Of a stretch of DNA of 64,000 nt, positions 29,643 to 39,359 are shown piece after piece (positions within the stretch are counted from its first letter, which is position 1; each line of letters opens with the position of its first letter). The stretch spans positions 44,762 to 108,761 of the forward strand of contig VXPE01000079.1 in NCBI GenBank assembly GCA_009839745.1, read 5' to 3'. A program made the position numbers and the translations under genes. The notes below the pieces were generated by a model that saw only the letters and a list, made by a program, of their open reading frames with translations, was not told the DNA's origin and made no database searches. Source of the stretch: Candidatus Poribacteria bacterium (GTDB lineage: Bacteria > Poribacteria > WGA-4E > WGA-3G).

Positions 29643-31541
29643 ATGACTATGCGGCACAGAGTACCCCCTACAACTGAGATCAATCAGAAACCGTCAGTGC
29701 TCCGTTTTCTTTTCGGGACACTCGTCTTCGGTTCAATCCTTATCGTCCTCACCTGTTATTGGATCATCTCCGCAGAAAACCGGGTGGTGTGGGAACTGAC
29801 CGATTTTTCTATCTTTCCGACGGTGCTTTTCACCTTTTTTCTTCTCGCCCTCATCACCCCGCTCCTCAAAAAGGTTTTCAGAGGTTTCACACCTACAGCC
29901 CGTGAACTGGCATTGACGTATACGATGGTATCCGTGGCAACTGCGCTCGCGGGACACGACATCGTTCGGCAGTTAGTGCCGATGATTGCCAATGCAGGCT
30001 GGTTCGCAACCCCAGAAAATGAATGGTCAGATCTTTTCTTCCGATTCATGCCCACATGGCTAACGATTACGGATCGCGGGATTCTACAGGGGTATTTTGA
30101 AGGTGATGATACGTTTTGGCAGGAACACTATCTAAATGCGTGGATGTGGCCCATTGTGGCGTGGAGTGGGTTGGTGATTGTCATCCTGTTTATGATGCTG
30201 TGTGTTAATATTATCATCAGGAGACAGTGGATTGACCACGAGAAGTTGAGTTATCCTTTGACGACTCTACCTGTCGAATTGCTCGGTAATACGTCTACGC
30301 TTTTTCGCAATCAGTTGTTTTGGCTCGGTTTCGGCATCGCATTTGGTCTGGAGATTCTGGCAGGTCTGAACTACCTTTTTCCTGTGATACCCTCCCTCAA
30401 AATCAAGTATCAACTCTACTTTTCTGAACGTCCGTGGAACGCAGTAGGACGTTTGCCGGTCTATGTCTATCCATTTGCGATTGGGTTTGGGTATCTCATG
30501 CCGTTGGAATTGTCGTTGTCGTTTTGGTTTTTCTACCTATTTTGGGGTGCGCAGCGGGTCTTTTTCAGCGCAACAGGATGGACAACCGCCATCGGTTTAC
30601 AAACAGAGCAACGCGCCGGGGCATGGCTTGGCATTGGGACCCTCGCACTCATCACAAGTCGCCGACAGATTCTGGGAGTCCTCGGCGGCGTGTTTTCCTT
30701 TAGATCCAAAGACGGTTTATACCGTCTTGCTGTTTTTGGATTGATAATCGGTATGGCATTTGTGTTGGGGTTCTGGTATTTCGCTGGATTGTCACCGTGG
30801 GTTGTGCTCGGCTATTTCAGTATCTATTTGGTGTTATGCCTTGGGATGACACGTATGCGTGCCGAACTCGGACCCCCGACCCATGAACTGCACAATGTGC
30901 ATCCCGACAGGATTATGTTGCTGTTTGCTGGGAGTCGACCATTGGGCGCGCAAAATTTAACCAATACGACCCTCCTCTCATGGCTTGCGTACGGTTACCG
31001 ATGCCATCCGATGCCGCATCAGTTAGAGGCGTTCAAAATCGGTAGGCATTTCCGTTTGAGCGAGAATCGGTTGGTTGTTGCGCTGATTGTGGCATCAATT
31101 GTGGGAACAATCATTTCGATTGTTGGACATGTGGCACTCTATTACGAATACCGATTTGCACATTGGGGTGTTGGTGAGTTTAACCGCTTGCAAAGTTGGA
31201 TTGTCGCGCCACGGGCACCGAATCTACCGGCTATCCAGCATATCGTGTCTGGTTTCCTGTTCACGGGTGCGCTCACGTTTCTGAAACGTCAATTTTTATG
31301 GTGGCCCCTGTATCCCGTAGGCTATGCAGTCGGTAACGGTTGGGCGATCGGTTGGATGTGGTTCTCAATATTTCTGGGATGGCTCTTCAAGCAGTTACTT
31401 TTCACAGGGGGTGGGGTCCGAGCCTATCGCAGGGCATTGCCGCTATTTTTGGGTTTCGTCTTCGGTCAGTTTCTCGCGGGGAGCCTCTGGAGTTTGATAG
31501 GTGTCGTGTTAAATATGAACATGTACACACTTTTCCCGTGA
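29643..31541 (+). CDS. Large polytopic membrane protein, unknown family (paralog 1 of 3)
   Basis: 632 aa with more than 12 TM helices. Shares motifs with 43305-45338 and 54227-56152 (AGHD..., FATPENEW, RRQWI(D/E)HE(K/R)L(S/T)YP, LMPLE(L/M)SFS.WFFY.FW, C-terminal PL(Y/F)P.GY...YR(R/K)A.PLFLG). Confidence 0.6.
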   Translation: MTMRHRVPPTTEINQKPSVLRFLFGTLVFGSILIVLTCYWIISAENRVVWELTDFSIFPTVLFTFFLLALITPLLKKVFRGFTPTARELALTYTMVSVATALAGHDIVRQLVPMIANAGWFATPENEWSDLFFRFMPTWLTITDRGILQGYFEGDDTFWQEHYLNAWMWPIVAWSGLVIVILFMMLCVNIIIRRQWIDHEKLSYPLTTLPVELLGNTSTLFRNQLFWLGFGIAFGLEILAGLNYLFPVIPSLKIKYQLYFSERPWNAVGRLPVYVYPFAIGFGYLMPLELSLSFWFFYLFWGAQRVFFSATGWTTAIGLQTEQRAGAWLGIGTLALITSRRQILGVLGGVFSFRSKDGLYRLAVFGLIIGMAFVLGFWYFAGLSPWVVLGYFSIYLVLCLGMTRMRAELGPPTHELHNVHPDRIMLLFAGSRPLGAQNLTNTTLLSWLAYGYRCHPMPHQLEAFKIGRHFRLSENRLVVALIVASIVGTIISIVGHVALYYEYRFAHWGVGEFNRLQSWIVAPRAPNLPAIQHIVSGFLFTGALTFLKRQFLWWPLYPVGYAVGNGWAIGWMWFSIFLGWLFKQLLFTGGGVRAYRRALPLFLGFVFGQFLAGSLWSLIGVVLNMNMYTLFP

Positions 31542-31591
31542 AGGGATAATTTGTGTGCTGCATCCACTGTTCTCAAACGACGCACAAGGTA

Positions 31592-31936
31592 TCAGAAGTC
31601 CTCTAATGCGGCTGCTTCGGATTCAAAGACCCCTATACTCTGTGTCAGTCCAATGGTATTGAAGATATTTCGGACCTGTGTAGACGGATGGGCGACGCGT
31701 AGCATTTGTCCTTTCTCTCGCATCTTCCAAAGCAGTCTGATGATCTCACCGAAGCCACTACTTGTGATGAAACTCCGGCGTTCAAAATTGAGCAAAACCT
31801 TTTCAGCGTCCTGAACTTCAGTGTTGGCGTAAGCCTCACTCAACATAGCTTCCGAAGCATCGGTGAGATAGCCGGTAATGTCAAATATTGCAATCTTTCC
31901 TTCGTGTCGAATAGAGATTTGAGAATTTGCCCTCAC
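31592..31936 (-). CDS. STAS-domain anti-sigma-factor antagonist (SpoIIAA-like)
   Basis: 114 aa with the STAS pattern ...ITSSGFGEIIRLLWKMREKGQMLRVAHPSTQVRNIFNTIGL. Confidence 0.7.
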   Translation of the reverse strand: MRANSQISIRHEGKIAIFDITGYLTDASEAMLSEAYANTEVQDAEKVLLNFERRSFITSSGFGEIIRLLWKMREKGQMLRVAHPSTQVRNIFNTIGLTQSIGVFESEAAALEDF

Positions 31937-31999
31937 AATTTCCTCCTATAAGATCCATCCTGAATTCGTTAACCCGATTATTAGTTGCAGTGCAGTCCG

Positions 32000-32944
32000 T
32001 TAATCTTCGGTAAAAGTTCGCTGAAGTGGCGTATGTTCCGGTTGTTTTTGGACGATCGTCCCATCATCCAGATGAAGCCACGTTTCAAATTGACGCTCGC
32101 CTTCCTGTAAAGTTATGACGCGTGCACCACGGGGAAATCCGTCTCTGCCGTAAGTATTGTAGCCAGAAGCGCGCCCATAGCACAAGCGAATTCCGTGCAA
32201 ATTCCCCCAGAAATCGTTAATATGTTCGTGTCCAACAAACGTTCCCATGACATCGCCGGCTTCATGCATCGCAGCGAAGAACCCAGTATTCAGTCGAGGC
32301 GCGCAAACGTTCTCATATTTCACCCCGTAGCAGGTGTGAAAGTCCCATACCTCATCATATTCAGGGATTGGAATGTGAAAAAAGGCGAGTGCCGGAAGTG
32401 GATGTCCCGCGCCAGCAGTGAATTTTGCGGATTCTTGCAGGTACCACGCAATTTGTTCCCGTTTAATCCAATCATAGCCATCAATACGTGTTTGGGAGTA
32501 GCTGCCGGAATCGATAAAATAGAGGAGGGCTGCGGATACATTCTCCTCAGAACCTTGGATGGGTAAAACATAATTTCCGACACCGGGTATCTCTGTGGGT
32601 CCTGGTGCCGCGAGAGAGAATGTGCCTTCTTGCAGGACTGCCATCAATTCGTCGCGATCAGCGGTCCCTTCATCGTCGTGATTTCCGAAAACCGCCGCCC
32701 ACGGTGCACCGCATCCTTCTACGATTTTAACAACTTCTCGGAGAGAATCAGCGGCATTGTTGCACCCACCGCCCGATAAAATATCGCCTGTCAGTACAAT
32801 TAAATCCGGAGATTCAGCTTTCGCGATTCGTACCATCAGGTCCGCTGATTGCTGATCAGGTTCTTCACCATTCTCCCAATGAATATCTGTAAATTGCACG
32901 ATTTTGAAACGATGATCCCTGTGGAACTTCAATGTATTTTTCAC
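32000..32944 (-). CDS. Calcineurin-like metallophosphoesterase
   Basis: QFTDIHW, LTGDIL and GNHD motifs. Confidence 0.8.
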   Translation of the reverse strand: MKNTLKFHRDHRFKIVQFTDIHWENGEEPDQQSADLMVRIAKAESPDLIVLTGDILSGGGCNNAADSLREVVKIVEGCGAPWAAVFGNHDDEGTADRDELMAVLQEGTFSLAAPGPTEIPGVGNYVLPIQGSEENVSAALLYFIDSGSYSQTRIDGYDWIKREQIAWYLQESAKFTAGAGHPLPALAFFHIPIPEYDEVWDFHTCYGVKYENVCAPRLNTGFFAAMHEAGDVMGTFVGHEHINDFWGNLHGIRLCYGRASGYNTYGRDGFPRGARVITLQEGERQFETWLHLDDGTIVQKQPEHTPLQRTFTED

Positions 32945-33106
32945 TATCTATTGTTCTCCTTCCCCCTTAATCATAACATAATTCGCAAAAATTGCAAGCG
33001 AATTCTTTGTGTAAAAATTATTCCATTTGGCATTATGAACAGAATACCACACTCTCTTTTATAGAGACATCTACCCTGAAAAAGATAGTTAAAAAATTTC
33101 ATATAT

Positions 33107-34006
33107 ATGCTTTTCGCCAATGCACAAACTGGAAATCCTGCTATAATAACCTTGCTATCTCCATCTCGACGTGGTAATATATACGCTATGCCAAGTAACT
33201 GTTCACTAAACACATACGATACTCGGACGACTATACTCTCTAACGAAGAGGTAGCGGAAGCGCATTATTTGTTGCGTTGTGAATGTGCTGAGATCGCGCA
33301 GCATGCACGTCCAGGGCAGTTCATTCACGTCATGATTTCGCAGGGTCCAGGAATGTTGCTCCGCCGTCCCTTCACGATCTATACGGTGGAAGAGCACGAG
33401 ATAACAATGCTCTATCAGATTATCGGCGAGGGGACGAAACAATTGTCAGAGATGCCGAGGGGTGCCCCCCTACAGGTTTTAGGACCGCTCGGTAATACGT
33501 TTAATCTTACGACAAACCCGGAACCAGCGATACTTGTTGGTGGGGGTGCCGGTATTGCTTCGCTCATGTTACTGGCTGTTGCGTTACGTGAAAAAGATAT
33601 ACAAACGCTTGGATTGGTCGGTGCCCAGCATCGCGCCCGACTTTTGAGTGTGTCAGATTTGGAATCTATCGGCATCGCCGTGCATATCGCTACAGACGAT
33701 GGGAGCATCGGACATCACGGATATGTAACTGAGATTCTCACGGATTTGCTGCGTGAAACCAAATGGCGCCGTCCGACGATTTATGCGTGTGGACCGCATG
33801 GGATGCTCGCTGCTGTTACAAAAATAGCGACAGATTTTCAAGTGCCTACTCAAATTGCTATGGAGAATCGAATGGGGTGTGCGATGGGGGTGTGTCTCGG
33901 CTGTGTTTGTCCTGTCCGAATAGACACGGATCGCTTTGAATACCAACGTGTTTGTACCGAAGGTCCCGTCTTTAATGCCACCGACATCGCATGGGACGTT
34001 TTTTAG
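33107..34006 (+). CDS. PyrK-family FAD/NAD(P)-binding oxidoreductase with C-terminal 2Fe-2S motif (start probably ATG about 33197)
   Basis: RPFTIY FAD motif, GGGAGIASL NAD motif, C-terminal CAMGVCLGCVC...VCTEGPVF cluster motif. Confidence 0.7.
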   Translation: MLFANAQTGNPAIITLLSPSRRGNIYAMPSNCSLNTYDTRTTILSNEEVAEAHYLLRCECAEIAQHARPGQFIHVMISQGPGMLLRRPFTIYTVEEHEITMLYQIIGEGTKQLSEMPRGAPLQVLGPLGNTFNLTTNPEPAILVGGGAGIASLMLLAVALREKDIQTLGLVGAQHRARLLSVSDLESIGIAVHIATDDGSIGHHGYVTEILTDLLRETKWRRPTIYACGPHGMLAAVTKIATDFQVPTQIAMENRMGCAMGVCLGCVCPVRIDTDRFEYQRVCTEGPVFNATDIAWDVF

Positions 34007-34047
34007 TCGGAGGTAAGGCATCGGATCGAAACCTAATTATTTAAAAA

Positions 34048-35151
34048 ATGGAAACAACATTTTATCAAGAATTAACAACGATTAGCCTCAGCGGCGAGCT
34101 CCTTTCCGATGCGACTTGTGAGAAACTTCTAACCGCATCAGAAATAGAATTACTCCCGCTCCTAAATGCAGCCTATCAGGTTCGCAAAACCTACTTTAAG
34201 AACGAGGTCCAACTACATATCCTCAACAACGCCCAGAACGGCTACTGCCCAGAGGATTGTCACTATTGCGCGCAGGCGAATTCCGCAACAACAGACATCG
34301 AAGCCTATTCCCTAAAACCTGATGCCGAGATTCTTGCAGAAGCTGAACGTGCTTATGAATCCGGCGCGTATCGCTACTGTATTGTAATGAGTGGACGCGG
34401 CCCCTCACCCAAACGAGTTTCTCACCTTGCGAAGCTCATCCGCACTGTCAAAGCGCGCTACCCGATCGAAGTATGCCTCTCTGCCGGATTGATTGATGTA
34501 GACGCTGCGGGTATCTTGAAAGAAGCGGGATTGGACAGACTGAACCATAATCTGAATACTTCCGAAGCCCATTACCCAAAGATATGTAGCACGCATAGTT
34601 ATCAGGATAGGATGGATACATTGCAAGCCGCGCAGCGGGTTGGACTCGCCTGTTGTTCAGGTGTGATCGTTGGGATGGGTGAAGAGACGGTGGACTTAAT
34701 TCGGGTGGCGAAAGAACTCCGGCACCTTGAGGTCGCCTCGCTCCCAGTGAACTTTTTCTTGCCAATATCCGGCACGCAATTATTGGAATCCGTTACGGCA
34801 CAGCGGAATGTGTCTACTACTTTAACTCCCGATTATTGTCTCCGCGTGTTATGTCTCTACCGATTCCTGAATCCGCGGGCTGAGATACGGGTCGCTGCAG
34901 GCAGAGAACACCATTTTCGGAGTATGGAGGTCATGGCACTCTATCCAGCCAATTCGATGTTTATTGACGGCTACCTGAATGCGGAAGGTTCAACGGCATC
35001 CCGCACACGCCAGATGATTAGAGATGCCGGGTTTACGATAAAGACAAACGCTGATGATCTGGAACAACTCAAGCGGAGAGAAACCGAAAAAGGGGATGTC
35101 CTACTCAAGGCGTTGAAAATCCTTCGTCCGCGCATGGGATCCGATGCTTAA
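34048..35151 (+). CDS. bioB: Biotin synthase-like radical SAM enzyme
   Basis: YCPEDCHYCAQ (CX3CX2C) and LNHNLNTSEAHY...SYQDRMDTL...CCSGVIVGMGEE parallel E. coli BioB (YNHNLDTSPEFY...TYQERLDTL...CSGGIVGLGET). Confidence 0.7.
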   Translation: METTFYQELTTISLSGELLSDATCEKLLTASEIELLPLLNAAYQVRKTYFKNEVQLHILNNAQNGYCPEDCHYCAQANSATTDIEAYSLKPDAEILAEAERAYESGAYRYCIVMSGRGPSPKRVSHLAKLIRTVKARYPIEVCLSAGLIDVDAAGILKEAGLDRLNHNLNTSEAHYPKICSTHSYQDRMDTLQAAQRVGLACCSGVIVGMGEETVDLIRVAKELRHLEVASLPVNFFLPISGTQLLESVTAQRNVSTTLTPDYCLRVLCLYRFLNPRAEIRVAAGREHHFRSMEVMALYPANSMFIDGYLNAEGSTASRTRQMIRDAGFTIKTNADDLEQLKRRETEKGDVLLKALKILRPRMGSDA

Positions 35152-36446
35152 CTTATGCATCCTATCTGCTTCAGACCGCCCATGTAGGGTTGCAGCACTG
35201 CGGGTATACGCACGGTTCCGTCGGGATTCTGATATGTCTCAAGGAGAGCAATGACAACGCGTGGCAATGCGGTGCCGGATGCGTTCAGCGTGTGAACGAA
35301 CTCCGGTCTCGCCCCGGCTTCACGGCGGAAGCGAATACTCGCGCGACGTGCCTGAAAATCCTCAAAGTTGCTACAGGAGGAGACCTCTAAGAATCGCTGC
35401 CGTGCGGGTGCCCACACCTCAATATCGTAGCATTTCGCCGCGGCAAAAGAGAGTTCCACTGTGCAATGTTGCACGACACGGTAAGGCAAACCGAGTGCCT
35501 GTAGAACACTCTCAGCGTTCGCCAATAGCGTTTCGTGTTCAGCATAAGAGGCTTCAGGGGTGGTAAACTTCACCATCTCCACCTTATCAAATTGGTGGAT
35601 ACGTTGTAAACCGCGTGTGTCCTTACCATAAGCACCCGCCTCGCGTCGGAAACAAGGGGTGTAGGCGGTGTAGTAGATAGGCAGTTCATCACCAGCAAGT
35701 ATTTCACCTGAGAACATATTCGTCACGGGAACCTCGGCAGTCGGAATGAGAAACAGATCGCTATCGGGGTTTTCTTCATCCCTGTCACACCGATACATAT
35801 CAGACTCAAGTTTAGGGATTTGCCCTGTCCCTGTCATTGTCGGCCGGTTGGCAAGGAATGGCGGTGAGATTTCGGTGTAGCCGTGCTGCGTCGTGTGTAA
35901 ATCAAGCATAAACTGAATCAACGCACGCTCCAACCGCGCCCCTACCCCTTTAAAAAGCACAAAGTTGCTCCCTGCGACCTTAGCACCGCGTTGAAAGTCA
36001 ACAATGTCCAACTGTTCAGCGATTTCCCAATGCGGTTTTAATTCAAAATCGAAACTCGGCAATTCACCCCATGTTTTAATTTCGATGTTGTCATCTTCAC
36101 CCATACCGACGGGTGTGCTCGCCTCCGGCATATTCGGGATTGTCAACAGAATGGCATCAATTTCAGTTTTCGTAGCGTTGGCTTCGGCGGTGAGTTCCTT
36201 TATTTCTTGGGAGAGCTTCCGCATCTCAGCGATAGTTTCTGTAGCATCCTGTTTCGCTTTTTTACGCTCGGCAATTTGTTGTGAAACTTGATTCTGGTGC
36301 GCTTTGAGAGATTGTGTATGTGTCAAATTCTCGCGCCAACATGCATCTAATTCTACCAACCTATCCAATTCAGCTTCCGTCCGGCGATCTGCTAACATCT
36401 GACGGACATCTTCGGTATTTTCACGAATAAACTTAAGATCAATCAC
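35148..36446 (-). CDS. serS: Seryl-tRNA synthetase
   Basis: N-terminal coiled-coil (MIDLKFIRENTEDVRQMLADR) and class II core motifs. 432 aa. Confidence 0.9.
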   Translation of the reverse strand: MIDLKFIRENTEDVRQMLADRRTEAELDRLVELDACWRENLTHTQSLKAHQNQVSQQIAERKKAKQDATETIAEMRKLSQEIKELTAEANATKTEIDAILLTIPNMPEASTPVGMGEDDNIEIKTWGELPSFDFELKPHWEIAEQLDIVDFQRGAKVAGSNFVLFKGVGARLERALIQFMLDLHTTQHGYTEISPPFLANRPTMTGTGQIPKLESDMYRCDRDEENPDSDLFLIPTAEVPVTNMFSGEILAGDELPIYYTAYTPCFRREAGAYGKDTRGLQRIHQFDKVEMVKFTTPEASYAEHETLLANAESVLQALGLPYRVVQHCTVELSFAAAKCYDIEVWAPARQRFLEVSSCSNFEDFQARRASIRFRREAGARPEFVHTLNASGTALPRVVIALLETYQNPDGTVRIPAVLQPYMGGLKQIGCIS

Positions 36447-36598
36447 GGCAGTGCCGCTCCTCTATTATCGGTGTTGCTTACAAACTTGTATTCAGAAATG
36501 AGATAGTAAATTATTGTTATAGGGTAGATTGTCTTTTAACTAACGAAAAAGCCACAACATTGTAAGACACAACGTGTGGCTAATTCAGCGTAATCAAA

Positions 36599-36675
36599 GC
36601 GGGCCCGACGGGACTTGAACCCGCGACCTCCTGCGTGACAGGCAGGCGCGCTAAACCAAACTGCGCCACGAGCCC
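36599..36675 (-). tRNA. tRNA-Asp (GTC)
   Basis: Reverse complement GGGCTCGTGGCGCAGTTTGG...CCTGC-CTGTCAC-GCAGG...GGTTCAAGTCCCGTCGGGCCCGC. Anticodon loop CTGTCAC gives GTC. CCA is not encoded. Ends are approximate by 1-2 nt. Confidence 0.85.
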
Positions 36676-36729
36676 ATATTTTTCAATCTTGCATCGAGAG
36701 ACTTCTGATTTTTAGGCAGTTACGGTAGG

Positions 36730-36803
36730 TAGGCGGGACAGGACTTGAACCTGTGGCCTACAGCTTGTAAGGCTGTCGCTCTAGCCACCTGAGCTACCCG
36801 CCC
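36730..36803 (-). tRNA. tRNA-Val (TAC)
   Basis: Reverse complement GGGCGGGTAGCTCAGGTGGCTAGAGCGACAGC-CTTACAA-GCTGTAGG...GGTTCAAGTCCTGTCCCGCCT. Anticodon TAC. Confidence 0.85.
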
Positions 36804-36964
36804 AGAATTTCTTCATTATCTCCCAATAGCATTATTAAGTATACCACAGAGTTCACTGTTTGTCAAGAAAAAAATGAAAAAGCATCACTTTTTTCAAAAA
36901 ATCAGATTTTCAGAGGATCTTTGCGAATGCGTCCTCATTTATTATAAACCCAATTCCGGCAGAA

Positions 36965-37669
36965 TTATTCACGGGGCTTGTCGTTTCCACGATACGGTCG
37001 TTCGCCACGCACAAGCACCTTCCTTGGATTATCTTCCAACGCGAGTTCATCAACACCGTGGTAACCCAGGGTCATACTCATCCGCGTGCTATCTGTGCGA
37101 TTAATCCCTGCTGAGTGAATTATCATGCTATCTATAGCGAGCAACCCTCCGGCTGGCATCGGTAACGGTATCGCTTGACTCGCCGCGATGTGCTGGATTG
37201 CATCGTCCTTGAGACTCGCGAACGCAGGCAAATGATGTGAGCCGGGGACAACTCGTGTGCAGCCGTTCTCTAAGTGTGTGTCCTCGAGATAGATCAGAAC
37301 AGTCGCAATCGTCCGAGACCAATGGCGGACATCGCGATGCAATTCAAGCGAATGCGTTGAACCTGCGTCTCGGAGATAGACGTGATTGTGGCGGTTCAGC
37401 ACGAATTCTATATTCGGACCCAACAATGATTCCAACGGATTGAGAATTTCGTCGCAAGTAATCGTTTCTTGGAAGATGCCACCCCGTTCCCAAACAGCAG
37501 AGATCCGGATAATTCTACCGTCCTGTCGGGCAACAGGTTCCACGCCTTCTTCCATGTCTTTGAGTGCGGCGGCTTTAAGTGCCTCTACACGGTCTTTAGA
37601 CAGTTGCGTCGGAAATCTAATAAAACCGTTGTGGCGAAATAGTTGGATTTCTTGGGGACTCAGTTCCAT
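36965..37669 (-). CDS. Phytanoyl-CoA dioxygenase (PhyH) family Fe(II)/2-oxoglutarate oxygenase
   Basis: HRD...WSRT...GCTRVVPGSHH pattern (H-x-D...H facial triad context). Confidence 0.7.
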   Translation of the reverse strand: MELSPQEIQLFRHNGFIRFPTQLSKDRVEALKAAALKDMEEGVEPVARQDGRIIRISAVWERGGIFQETITCDEILNPLESLLGPNIEFVLNRHNHVYLRDAGSTHSLELHRDVRHWSRTIATVLIYLEDTHLENGCTRVVPGSHHLPAFASLKDDAIQHIAASQAIPLPMPAGGLLAIDSMIIHSAGINRTDSTRMSMTLGYHGVDELALEDNPRKVLVRGERPYRGNDKPRE

Positions 37670-37895
37670 CGGTTCTCCTTACCTCGCTCTTTTAAAGTGA
37701 ATTATATGATGTTAGTTTAACGCGAATTGATAAGGAAGTCAACAGAGAAATAAAGGGACAGAGTTTTCTTAGGAAGCGGGATAATTACGCCTTGATAGCG
37801 TAATTTGGTAACGAAAGATGAGAATATTTCGTTTTATTTTATAGGATATGAGACAAAAAACGGAAAAGAACCACATCGTGCCAGAGGAGAAAATA

Positions 37896-39359
37896 ATGAA
37901 ACTATGGTGTTCTTGCCTGCTGCTCGTTTCTGGAGTGGTATTATCCGGATGCGGAACTATGTCCGGTTATAAAGCGGCTTCCCAACGCCATCGTGCGTAT
38001 GTGAGTGGCAAAAAACAGGCGACTGCCGCTGACTGGCGCGCGCTTATTTCAGAATTTCAGCAAGTTATTGATACAGACCCGCAAGGGGCCTCCGCTGATG
38101 ATGCACAATATGCGCTCGCTTCCTGTTGGGTCTGGCGTATCAAAGCCGGTAACACTGAAGCACCGAAGCAGGCGATTGCAGCCTTCCAAAAACTGATTCG
38201 CAACTACCCGCATTCGGGGTATGTCCCACACGCACATTACTGGTCGGGACGTTGCTATGCGCATATCGGTGAGGATTACCGAGCCATCACGCAATACCAG
38301 ATCGTCGAGAGTCGTTATGCGGGTTCCAAAATCGCTGGTGCCTCCCAATTAGAATTGGCACGTGTATATGTCAGACAAGGTTACATCACACGCGCCGAGG
38401 TGCTTTATGCGACGCTTATCGAATCTTCAAGAGATCAGGGAATTGTTGTTGCTGCCACCGAAGAACTCCGCCCTCTCAAAACGCAACCCTTCAAAATAAA
38501 ACAAAAACCGATAGGATCGTCCCGCGAACGGACAATTCAAGCACAAAAGCAATCCGAACCTCAATCGAAACCTCCGTCCCCACTTCTTGATACGAAGAAA
38601 CCTTCGGTTCCAGACTCACTCACGCGTGAATTTGGATTAACCGCGAAAACGATTGTTATTGACCCCGGCCACGGCGGCAAAGACCCCGGGGCGTTGGGTA
38701 GAGGCACCTTACAAGAGAAAGCCATTGTGCTGGGCATCTCGAAAAAACTGCGTGAAGTGCTAACGCGAAGAGGCTACACTGTCCTAATGACACGGGATAC
38801 CAACCGTTACATTCCGCTCAAGCAGCGCACTGCATTCGCAACACAACACAAAGCGGATCTCTTTCTGAGCATTCATGCCAACGCCAGTGAAAACCGTAAA
38901 GCAACAGGTATCGAAACCTACTATCTGAGTGTCACCAGTATGGACAGCGCCTCAGAAGCACTCGCAGCGCGGGAAAATGCAGACTCCGGCTATAGTATCC
39001 AAGAATTGGAAGCACTCCTGAAAGGGATCATACAGAAAAGCAAAAGCGAAGATAGTAAGCAATTGGCAAGACACGTCCAACAAGCGTTGGTGCAAGCCAC
39101 AGGTGCGATTGATCGTGGCGTCAAACACGCACGATTTGTCGTTTTGATCGGGACAAACGTCCCTGCGATTCTCATCGAGGCCGGATTTGTATCGAACCCA
39201 ACAGAAGGACATAAACTCACAACACCGGCGTATCAACATAAAATCGCCACTGCTATCGCGCAAGGCATCGAGAAGTTCTTAGGGAAGACCGAGAAACCAC
39301 CTCTTGCCAAGAGTGGGAACCCAACACTTGCCATTACACAGGTTGAGAGGAACAGGTAA
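37896..39359 (+). CDS. N-acetylmuramoyl-L-alanine amidase (Amidase_3, AmiC-like) lipoprotein with N-terminal TPR/YbgF-like region
   Basis: Lipobox LLLVSGVVLSGCG. Amidase_3 core IVIDPGHGGKDPGA...LSIHANAS...IETYY. The ORF track starts at 37848; ATG 37896 precedes the signal peptide. Confidence 0.8.
   Translation: MKLWCSCLLLVSGVVLSGCGTMSGYKAASQRHRAYVSGKKQATAADWRALISEFQQVIDTDPQGASADDAQYALASCWVWRIKAGNTEAPKQAIAAFQKLIRNYPHSGYVPHAHYWSGRCYAHIGEDYRAITQYQIVESRYAGSKIAGASQLELARVYVRQGYITRAEVLYATLIESSRDQGIVVAATEELRPLKTQPFKIKQKPIGSSRERTIQAQKQSEPQSKPPSPLLDTKKPSVPDSLTREFGLTAKTIVIDPGHGGKDPGALGRGTLQEKAIVLGISKKLREVLTRRGYTVLMTRDTNRYIPLKQRTAFATQHKADLFLSIHANASENRKATGIETYYLSVTSMDSASEALAARENADSGYSIQELEALLKGIIQKSKSEDSKQLARHVQQALVQATGAIDRGVKHARFVVLIGTNVPAILIEAGFVSNPTEGHKLTTPAYQHKIATAIAQGIEKFLGKTEKPPLAKSGNPTLAITQVERNR

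Noticed and set aside
33107-33196. N-terminal 30 codons of the PyrK-like ORF as called
   Set aside because: PyrK-family proteins are about 260 aa. The ATG at about 33197 gives a normal-length product and the upstream stretch has no conserved character. I kept the ORF coordinates but flag the start as doubtful.
33107-35151. Pyrimidine-biosynthesis operon, inferred from PyrK-like plus the adjacent gene
   Set aside because: The neighbour is a BioB-like radical SAM enzyme, not pyrD. PyrK-family reductases also partner with other enzymes, so no pathway call was made.
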